A stretch of DNA of 34,157 nt. It comes from an uncultured Clostridia bacterium (lineage in GTDB: Bacteria; Bacillota; Clostridia; Christensenellales; Pumilibacteraceae). The notes below the pieces were generated by a model, which was not told the DNA's origin, did no database searches, and saw only the letters and a list, made by a program, of their open reading frames with translations. The first letter of the stretch is position 1, and each line of letters starts with the position of its first letter. Made by a program: the position numbers and the translations under genes. Below, piece after piece: positions 25,558 to 32,859 of the stretch. The DNA lies in assembly GCA_944376015.1 (NCBI GenBank), contig CALWBH010000074.1:1-34157 (forward strand), in the 5' to 3' direction.

Positions 25558-26587
25558 GAAGTTGAATAAAGATTCGGAAAAAACAGGGAATATCGTCATT
25601 TACCAATTAGACGACGGCGAAACTCAAATCGACGTTAAATTCGAAGACGAAACCGTGTGGCTTACGCAAGCACAACTTTGCGAACTTTATCAGACGAGCA
25701 AAGCCAATGTAAGCGAACATATAAAAAATATTTTGGACGAAAAGGAGTTGGATGAAAATTCAGTTGTTCGGAAATTCCGAACAACTGCTTCCGACGGCAA
25801 ATCATATTCCGTATTGCATTATAATCTCGATATGATAATTTCTCTCGGATATAGAGTCAAATCGAGAATAGCGACTAATTTTCGCCGTTGGGCAACGGAA
25901 CGATTGAAAGAATATATGATCAAGGGCTTTGCGCTTGACGATAAGCGTTTGAAAGAACTTGGCGGGGGCGATTATTGGAAAGAACTGTTAGATCGTATAC
26001 GCGATATTCGATCTTCGGAAAAAGTAATGTACAGACAGGTTCTTGACTTGTACGCCACAAGCGTTGACTACGACCCAAAAAGTAACGAATCGATTGCTTT
26101 TTTCAAAACGGTTCAGAATAAATTACATTATGCGGCGCACGGTCATACTGCGGCGGAAGTAATATATCAGCGGGCAGATTCCGACGCGCCTTTTATGGGA
26201 TTAACCTCTTTTAGCGGCGATATGCCCGCAATGCAGGACATAACTGTAGCAAAAAATTACCTAACCGAAAAAGAACTGAAAATTTTGAATAATCTTGTAT
26301 CAGGATATTTCGATTTCGCGGAAGTGCAGGCGATTAAACACAACCCTATGTATATGAGCGATTATGTTAAATGTCTTGACAATATTTTGTCATCTACCGG
26401 TGAAAAGGTATTGGAAGGAGCAGGGAACGTAAGTCATATTCAGGCTATAGAAAAAGCCAAAGCCGAGTATAAAAAATATCAGGTAAAAACATTGACGTCG
26501 GTAGAAAAGGAATATTTGCATACTATCAAGGGTTTGGAAAAACAAGCGAAGCTAAAAGCCAAGGACGGCGGGCGAGAAAAGTCGTAA
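25550..26587 (+). CDS. rhuM: RhuM family protein (function unknown; recurrent passenger of Type I R-M loci)
   Basis: IVIYQLDDGETQIDVKFEDETVWLTQAQLCELYQTSKANVSEHIKNI...SVVRKFRTTASDGKSY.V..YNLDMIISLGYRVKS..ATNFRRWATERLKEY matches my memory of the RhuM (Virulence_RhuM) N-terminal signature. The ATGA overlaps the hsdM stop. Confidence 0.8.
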   Translation: MNEKLNKDSEKTGNIVIYQLDDGETQIDVKFEDETVWLTQAQLCELYQTSKANVSEHIKNILDEKELDENSVVRKFRTTASDGKSYSVLHYNLDMIISLGYRVKSRIATNFRRWATERLKEYMIKGFALDDKRLKELGGGDYWKELLDRIRDIRSSEKVMYRQVLDLYATSVDYDPKSNESIAFFKTVQNKLHYAAHGHTAAEVIYQRADSDAPFMGLTSFSGDMPAMQDITVAKNYLTEKELKILNNLVSGYFDFAEVQAIKHNPMYMSDYVKCLDNILSSTGEKVLEGAGNVSHIQAIEKAKAEYKKYQVKTLTSVEKEYLHTIKGLEKQAKLKAKDGGREKS

Positions 26588-26610
26588 TAACGAAATTAAC
26601 GATTCGTCGG

Positions 26611-26715
26611 TTTTACGATTGCGTCGCGCCTCGCCGCAGCGAGGATATTTTTGCCGAGCTTAAAACGCTCGAAACGGAAGAAACCGAAATAATGAAGGAG
26701 CTTTTCGGGGAATGA
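26611..26715 (+). pseudogene. hsdM 3'-terminal remnant (34 codons + stop, no start)
   Basis: In frame it reads FYDCVAPRRSEDIFAELKTLETEETEIMKELFGE*, against authentic FYKYVAPRRSEDIFAELKTLETEETEIMKELFGE*. There is no upstream start, and the frame differs from rhuM. Confidence 0.85.
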
Positions 26716-26719
26716 ATGA
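26611..26719 (+). repeat. direct repeat copy 2 (displaced hsdM 3' end)
   Basis: See copy 1. It includes AAGGAG, the TGA and the overlapping ATG-AAT-GA that starts the next gene. Confidence 0.95.
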
Positions 26720-27701
26720 AGAGAAAAAATGTTTGCCTTTGCATTATAGGGGCGGGTTCAGTGATAGAAACAATATTGATAAACTGAACACAGAAATGCA
26801 AATAACGCAATTTAGTGAAAGGACTCGTGTAATTTTTATTAACAAATTACAGGAGATATTAAATAAAATTACAGATAATGTTTCAATGTATAGTGGAGAA
26901 GATTTATTCAAAAACCTTTTTAATTATATTTGTATTGAAGTATATAATCTTGAAATGGATATAAACTGTAATTTTCCGAAAAAATTTATTTATAAGTATG
27001 ACGAATATGACCCTTATTTGTCCAAAAAAACAGTTTTTTTCAATATTGTTGAAAATACCATAAAAAACGATTCTTATGATAAAGTTTTAACAATTATTGA
27101 AGCAATTTTACTATGGACAAAACAAAATATAATTTATAGAATGCCTCAGATAAAATATCTTGAAAATGGTCAAGTGAAACAAACTGAATTTGATGAGATG
27201 AAAATCTTCAATCAGGTTTTCGAAAAAGAATTTGTCGGGTATCGTTTTATTGGTAATATTATAACACCGATTACAGATGAAATAGAAGTTAGTGAAATTA
27301 AAATCGGATTGGAAGTTGAATTTAATGGTTGTCGGTCGCACATTCAAAAAGCTCTTGGTTTTTTATCCGACAGGGAAAACCCCGATTATAAAAACAGTAT
27401 TAAAGAGAGTATTAGTGCGGTTGAGTCTATTTGTACGATTATTGTAAATGAACCGAAAAAAACTCTTGGTGATGCTATAAAGGCATTTGAAAAAAAAGGT
27501 TTGAAAATTCATCCATCGCTTAAAAAGGCATTTTTGGCTTTATATGGGTATGCCTCGGATCAAGGCGGGATACGTCATTCGGAAAGCTTATTCGAAAGTA
27601 ATGTAACATTTGAAGAAGCAAAATATATGCTCGTCAGTTGTTGTGCTTTTGTGAATTATTTGATTGCGGAATATGGAAAAATTAACGGTGAATCAAAATG
27701 A
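26712..27701 (+). CDS. AbiJ-like abortive-infection-type protein (AbiJ-NTD-like N-terminus + HEPN-like C-terminal domain)
   Basis: N-terminal ..FSERTRV..NKLQEIL resembles AbiJ N-terminal domains. The C-terminal NSIKESISAVESIC..I......TLGDAIKAFEKKG.KIHPSLKKAFLALYGYASDQGGIRH resembles the conserved helical AbiJ/HEPN-type module. This is from memory and no HMM was run. The start is ambiguous: ATG 26712 is coupled through the repeat junction, and ATG 26796 (MQITQFSER) is the alternative. Confidence 0.55.
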   Translation: MNEEKKCLPLHYRGGFSDRNNIDKLNTEMQITQFSERTRVIFINKLQEILNKITDNVSMYSGEDLFKNLFNYICIEVYNLEMDINCNFPKKFIYKYDEYDPYLSKKTVFFNIVENTIKNDSYDKVLTIIEAILLWTKQNIIYRMPQIKYLENGQVKQTEFDEMKIFNQVFEKEFVGYRFIGNIITPITDEIEVSEIKIGLEVEFNGCRSHIQKALGFLSDRENPDYKNSIKESISAVESICTIIVNEPKKTLGDAIKAFEKKGLKIHPSLKKAFLALYGYASDQGGIRHSESLFESNVTFEEAKYMLVSCCAFVNYLIAEYGKINGESK

Positions 27702-28972
27702 AAAATAGCGGTATAGAATGGATAGGCGAAATCCCTGAAAATTGGGAAGTAGTTAAATTAAAAAATATTTCTATAAAAATTAAAAGCGGCGGAACGCCTG
27801 AATCTAGTAATGATAAATATTATAATGGAAATATTCCATGGACAGTTATTGCAGATATGTCTAATGCGGATACGGTTTTATGCACTAAAAAATGTATAAC
27901 AGAAGAAGCTATAAAAAGTAAAAATTTAGAAATATTCAAAAAAGGTGCTTTACTTTATGCTATTTATGCTTCTGTTGGTAAAGTTTCTGAACTTGGTATT
28001 GATTCTACTATAAATCAAGCAATATTAGCGATATGTTTGAACAATAATTTGGCATATAAACAATATGCAAAGTTAATATTGAAATGCTATGAGATTTATG
28101 TTATTGCTGAGTCAAACGGAAACACTCAATTTAATTTAAATGCAGAAAAAGTTGCAAACTTTTCACTTCCTTATCCCCCTATTGACGAGCAACAGAAGAT
28201 AGCGGATTATCTGGACAAGCGGTGCGAGAATATCGACGGGCTTGTTGAGTTGCAAAACCGTATGATCGAAAAATTAAAGGAATACAAACAATCGGTCATT
28301 ACGGAAGCGGTCACAAAAGGTCTTGACCCCGCCGCAAAAATGAAAAACAGCGGCGTGGAATGGATAGGCGAAATCCCCGAAAATTGGGAAGTAAAAAGAT
28401 TAAAGAATATTTGTAAAATTAGAACAGGTAGTACATTATCAAAATCAAGTAATGAAAATTATTATTCTGACGAAGGGTTATTATGGGTAAAGCCTGATAA
28501 TTTAAGTGCATTTAGCTCGATAGAAAAAACTGCAGAATATATAAACGAAAAAGGTCAACAGCAAATAATAGAATTTCCGCCTTATACAGTTTTTGTTTGT
28601 TGTATAGGAACAATAGGAAAGATTGGTTATTCAAAATATCCTGCGTATTGTAATCAACAAATAAACGGGTTGATTTTTTATGAATCCATTTTGAAAAGAT
28701 TTGGACTATATATGATTTTTGCACAAGAAGAGCAACATTGGATTTTTTCTAATGGCAATGTTATTAAAATAATTAATGCGGTAAATCAAGGGAAAATAAA
28801 TGTTCCGATTCCCCCTATTGACGAGCAACAGAAGATAGCGGATTATCTGGACGCGAAGTGCGCGGAGATAGACAGACTTATTGAGATTAAACAAAAGAAA
28901 ATAGAAAAATTACAGGACTATAAAAAATCTTTGATATACGAATGTGTAACGGGTAAGCGGGAAATAAGTTGA
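27698..28972 (+). CDS. hsdS: Type I restriction-modification system specificity subunit S (two TRDs)
   Basis: Duplicated architecture. MKNSG(I/V)EWIGEIPENWEV opens each half, and PIDEQQKIADYLD...I(D/E)..I......IEKL(K/Q).YK(Q/K)S is the central or distal conserved helix. The ATGA overlaps the upstream stop. Confidence 0.92.
   Translation: MKNSGIEWIGEIPENWEVVKLKNISIKIKSGGTPESSNDKYYNGNIPWTVIADMSNADTVLCTKKCITEEAIKSKNLEIFKKGALLYAIYASVGKVSELGIDSTINQAILAICLNNNLAYKQYAKLILKCYEIYVIAESNGNTQFNLNAEKVANFSLPYPPIDEQQKIADYLDKRCENIDGLVELQNRMIEKLKEYKQSVITEAVTKGLDPAAKMKNSGVEWIGEIPENWEVKRLKNICKIRTGSTLSKSSNENYYSDEGLLWVKPDNLSAFSSIEKTAEYINEKGQQQIIEFPPYTVFVCCIGTIGKIGYSKYPAYCNQQINGLIFYESILKRFGLYMIFAQEEQHWIFSNGNVIKIINAVNQGKINVPIPPIDEQQKIADYLDAKCAEIDRLIEIKQKKIEKLQDYKKSLIYECVTGKREIS
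28174..28216 (+). repeat. hsdS conserved-region repeat, copy 1
   Basis: TCCCCCTATTGACGAGCAACAGAAGATAGCGGATTATCTGGAC is identical to 28810-28852 (43 of 43). A second, imperfect pair is 27698-27751 versus 28340-28393 (54 nt, 5 mismatches). Confidence 0.95.
28810..28852 (+). repeat. hsdS conserved-region repeat, copy 2
   Basis: Identical to 28174-28216. Confidence 0.95.
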
Positions 28973-29628
28973 AAAACAGAACTAAAAAAACAATTATAAT
29001 TGCAGTGATACTGCTTTTAGTGACGGCGGGCATAATAACGGGGATATATTTTATACCCGACGAAAAATTGTCCGATATTTTGCTTGCGGTTTTTGCCGCG
29101 GTTTCGGGCGGCGCGCTTACGCTTGCCGGCGTTGCCTGGACGATAAAACGACAGGACGAACTAAAACGGGAAGAAGAACGTAAAAAAGCCAAACCGAATT
29201 TTACGTTCAGAATGGTAAACGATCCGAATTACAATGTAGCCGAAGAACTCGTTTGCTTTGACGATAATTTCGGAAAATTCAAGTGTCGCGCATCTGCTTT
29301 TATAGTAAATTCGGACGGTTCGACATTTTCACTCGAACGCATTTACCATGACAACAAGTGGTATGATTTTGTTTGCAATAAAATCGTATTGCCGAAAGCG
29401 CAGGTTTACATAGACTTCAATTTCAATTATTTTGAACCTTTGATACTTGAAGTAAAAGACGTTTTGGGCAACAAATATCATTATGAGTTAAAAGTTTTAA
29501 TCCTAATGAAAGAAAAAAATTTAGATCCGAAAAATCAAGTAGTAGCGCATACTTTGCGTGAAATTCGCGAACTTACGGCGGAAGAATATGCCGCGCTTAA
29601 AATAGACGACGACAAGGGGGAAGAATGA
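28969..29628 (+). CDS. hypothetical two-TM membrane protein with ~140-aa cytoplasmic beta-rich domain (no family recognised)
   Basis: The only long ORF between hsdS and hsdR. TTG start in a TTGA overlap with the hsdS stop, and its stop is in an ATGA overlap with the hsdR start. TM1 IIIAVILLLVTAGIITGIYFI, TM2 ILLAVFAAVSGGALTLAGVAWTI, followed by KRQDELKREEERKKAK (positive-inside). The start codon is uncertain because no ATG is available before the TM helices. Confidence 0.6.
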   Translation: MKNRTKKTIIIAVILLLVTAGIITGIYFIPDEKLSDILLAVFAAVSGGALTLAGVAWTIKRQDELKREEERKKAKPNFTFRMVNDPNYNVAEELVCFDDNFGKFKCRASAFIVNSDGSTFSLERIYHDNKWYDFVCNKIVLPKAQVYIDFNFNYFEPLILEVKDVLGNKYHYELKVLILMKEKNLDPKNQVVAHTLREIRELTAEEYAALKIDDDKGEE

Positions 29629-32600
29629 TAGACCGTAGCGAAAAACGCTTTGAAAGCGACATAGAAGAATATCTGCTGACCGAAGGCGGGTACACGAAAG
29701 CGGACTGGAAGTATTTTAACAAGCGGTATGCCCTGGATCTGACGCGCATGACGGCGTTTATAAGCAATACGCAGCCGAAAATATGGAAGGTGTTTTCGGA
29801 GCGGTACGGCGCGCAAGCGGAAGAGGCGTTATACAAGCGGTTTCAGTCCGAAGTCGGAGCGCGGGGGCTGATAAGCGTACTCCGCGACGGTTTGCCCGAC
29901 GTGTCTTTGCGCGGGGCGCGGATAAAGCTGGCATACTTCAAGCCTTCGTCCGCGCTGAACGACGAGTTGAACGAGCTTTACGAGAAAAACTTTCTCGATT
30001 GCGGACGGCAGTTTTATTACAGCGAGCAGAACAGGAAGTCGGTGGACATGGTGCTTATGCTCAACGGTATACCCGTTGTCGCGCTCGAACTCAAAAACCA
30101 ACAGACGGGGCAGAGCGTAAACGACGGCGTGCGGCAATGGCAGTACGACCGCGATCCGCGCGAGCTTGTTTTCAGGTTCGACAGCCGCGTGCTGGTATAT
30201 TTCGCGGTTGACCTTTACGAAGTCCGAATGGCTACCGAGCTGAAAGGGGAAAACACGTTTTTCATGCCGTTCAATCAGGGTTCGTGCGGCGCGGGTAACG
30301 TCGGCGGCGCGGGCAACCCGCCGAGCAACGACGGCTATGCCACCGAATATCTGTGGAAAAAATTTCTTTGCCGCGAAGGGTTGCTCGGACTTTTGCAGAA
30401 ATACATAAGCCGTCAGAAAGAAACGCAGTTCTACCTCGAAAATGGCAGAATGAAGGAGCGGACGAGCGAAAAAATTATTTTCCCGCGGTATCATCAATAT
30501 GACGTCGTGGAAAAAGCGATAAGCGACGTGCGCGACAACGGCACGGGCAGAAACTATCTGATACAGCACAGCGCGGGCAGCGGCAAGTCCAACTCCATTG
30601 CGTGGCTGGTGTATCGGCTTTCCACGCTTTACGACCGCGCCGACCGCGGTATATTCGATTCGGTAATAGTCGTTACCGACAGGCGGTTGCTGAATGCGCA
30701 ATTACAGGACACGATACAGAGTTTTACGCACAAGGCGGGGCAGATTCGCACCATAAAGGACAGCGATCCGAGCGGTGATCTCGCTCAGGCTATCGCCGAC
30801 GGCGTGCCTATCATCGTGTGTACGCTTTTCCGCTTCTCGGTCATTTTCAAAGCGGGCAAAGTGCTCAACATGAAGGGCAAAAGATTCGCCGTCGTCATCG
30901 ACGAAGCGCACTCGTCGCAGAACGGCGAAAGCGCGCAAAATCTGAAATCGGTGCTTGCGGACACTACGGGCGCGGAAGAAGAGTACGACGACGATTCGGA
31001 CGGGTTCGATACCCTCGACGAAGAAATGCTCAGACACGGCATGCACGACAATCAGTCGTTTTTCGCATTCACCGCTACGCCCAAACCCAAGACTTTGCAG
31101 AAGTTCGGGCAACGGCAGGCGGACGGGACTTACAGACCTTTCCATGTATACAGCATGAAACAGGCTATCGAAGAGGGGTTTATCCTCGACGTTCTCCGCT
31201 TTTACAGCACGATAAAAAACAGTTTCGAGATCGTCAACAATACTTCGGAAAACCCCGAGCTGCTCGAGCTTCCCACCATTAAGGCGATAAGGGATTTTCA
31301 GCGCGGGTATTCGGGCACTATCGAGATGAAGACCGCCGTTATCGTCGAGCAGTTCAGGCAGATAACGCTGTCTAAAATGATAAGCGGCGGCGTTTCCCAC
31401 GCAAAAGCCATGGTCGTCACGTCGTCGCGCAAAAGCGCCGTGCAGTATTATTTCGCGATACGCAGGTATATCCGCGAGCATGGTTATACCGACGTTATGC
31501 CGCTTGTAGCGTTCTCGGGAAAGGTGAACATCGACGGCGAAGAGTACACCGAACCCGCGCTCAACAAACTGTCGGGGGTCAATATCTCGGAAGAGCAGCT
31601 CAGGTATTACTTTGCGTCAACTATGTTCAATATGCTCATAGTCGCGGACAAGTACCAGACGGGTTTCGACGAACCGCAGCTCCATACCATGTTCGTCGAC
31701 AAAAAGCTGAAAGGCGTCAAAGCCGTGCAGACTTTGTCAAGGCTCAACCGTACTTGCAAAAAGTATGATAAAACCGATACATACGTTCTCGATTTCGTCA
31801 ATACCGCAGAGGATATTCAAAAGGCGTTCGAGCCGTTCTATACGGACACTTTGCTCGAAAGCGAGATAGACCCGAACAAGCTCTACGAGATGAAACGCGA
31901 TATCGAAGGATTCGGGTTTATCGACGCCGAATCCGTGGAGAAATTCGCGGCGGCTTACGACGAGATCAGCCGTACGGCGCAAAAGAAAAGCAGTCAGGGG
32001 CTGCTCACTTCCGTTATAAAACCGACGGTGGAGCGTTATAACGCGGCGGCGACGGATACGCGCGCGTCTTTCCGCAAACTGCTCAAAGGCTTTACTCGGT
32101 TCTACGCTTTCGTAACGCAGATCATACGCATTTTCGATAAACAGTTGCATAAATTCTATTTGTTTTGCGACTGGGCGCTCAGACAGCTGCCGAAAAATCC
32201 CGTGCTTAAATGGGAAATCGATATTTCGGTAATCAACAATACGCTTACCGAAACATTTAACGGCTCCGTCTCTCTCAGCGGCAAGGATAACGTTTTCAAA
32301 CCTACCGACGACCGCGGCGGAAAAGCCGTTAAGCAGACAGAACTGCTCAATGTTATAATCGACCATATCAACGACGCGTACGGCGATAATTTCACGGACG
32401 AGGGCAAAAATATGGTTCGTTCGATCTATGCGCGGATGACGAGCGATCAGAGCGGGAAACTCGTTAAAATGGTGCGCAACAGCGACGAAGAAATGTTCGT
32501 AAAAAGCATTTTTCCCGATTATTTCGCTCTGAAATCCGAAGAATGTTATAATTCGCAATCGGACGCTTATGCGTTGCTATTTCGAGACAGCGATTATTAC

Positions 32601-32654
32601 CGTATCGTAATGGAAGAAATGGCGCGGGCGATATACAGGAAATTCAAAAAATAA
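29625..32654 (+). CDS. hsdR: Type I restriction-modification system endonuclease/translocase subunit R
   Basis: N-terminal PD-(D/E)xK nuclease (VDMVLMLNGIPVVALELKNQ), helicase motif I (QHSAGSGKSNSIAW), DEAH box (VVIDEAHSSQ), motifs III-VI (FAFTATP...QTLSRLNRT). 1009 aa. Confidence 0.92.
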   Translation: MIDRSEKRFESDIEEYLLTEGGYTKADWKYFNKRYALDLTRMTAFISNTQPKIWKVFSERYGAQAEEALYKRFQSEVGARGLISVLRDGLPDVSLRGARIKLAYFKPSSALNDELNELYEKNFLDCGRQFYYSEQNRKSVDMVLMLNGIPVVALELKNQQTGQSVNDGVRQWQYDRDPRELVFRFDSRVLVYFAVDLYEVRMATELKGENTFFMPFNQGSCGAGNVGGAGNPPSNDGYATEYLWKKFLCREGLLGLLQKYISRQKETQFYLENGRMKERTSEKIIFPRYHQYDVVEKAISDVRDNGTGRNYLIQHSAGSGKSNSIAWLVYRLSTLYDRADRGIFDSVIVVTDRRLLNAQLQDTIQSFTHKAGQIRTIKDSDPSGDLAQAIADGVPIIVCTLFRFSVIFKAGKVLNMKGKRFAVVIDEAHSSQNGESAQNLKSVLADTTGAEEEYDDDSDGFDTLDEEMLRHGMHDNQSFFAFTATPKPKTLQKFGQRQADGTYRPFHVYSMKQAIEEGFILDVLRFYSTIKNSFEIVNNTSENPELLELPTIKAIRDFQRGYSGTIEMKTAVIVEQFRQITLSKMISGGVSHAKAMVVTSSRKSAVQYYFAIRRYIREHGYTDVMPLVAFSGKVNIDGEEYTEPALNKLSGVNISEEQLRYYFASTMFNMLIVADKYQTGFDEPQLHTMFVDKKLKGVKAVQTLSRLNRTCKKYDKTDTYVLDFVNTAEDIQKAFEPFYTDTLLESEIDPNKLYEMKRDIEGFGFIDAESVEKFAAAYDEISRTAQKKSSQGLLTSVIKPTVERYNAAATDTRASFRKLLKGFTRFYAFVTQIIRIFDKQLHKFYLFCDWALRQLPKNPVLKWEIDISVINNTLTETFNGSVSLSGKDNVFKPTDDRGGKAVKQTELLNVIIDHINDAYGDNFTDEGKNMVRSIYARMTSDQSGKLVKMVRNSDEEMFVKSIFPDYFALKSEECYNSQSDAYALLFRDSDYYRIVMEEMARAIYRKFKK

Positions 32655-32727
32655 ACTTTTGCGGAAAAAATCCGCGAAAATCGCAGAGATTTATTAACGA
32701 GAACCCCGCGCGATCTGCGGAGTGTGG

Positions 32728-32754
32728 AAAAGCCGCCTTTTAAGACGGCTTTTT
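32728..32754. terminator. hairpin/terminator between convergent hsdR and collagen-like genes
   Basis: AAAAGCCG-(10 nt)-CGGCTTTT followed by T. A/T tracts on both sides make it usable in either direction. Confidence 0.5.
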
Positions 32755-32859
32755 CGTTTGCGCTTTCACGTTTCGCGGTAATGCGAACCGCGCGGAAATA
32801 TTTACGGAATATGCCGCCCGTGGCGATACCTTTCGGAATCAGCGCCGTCAGGGCAACGT

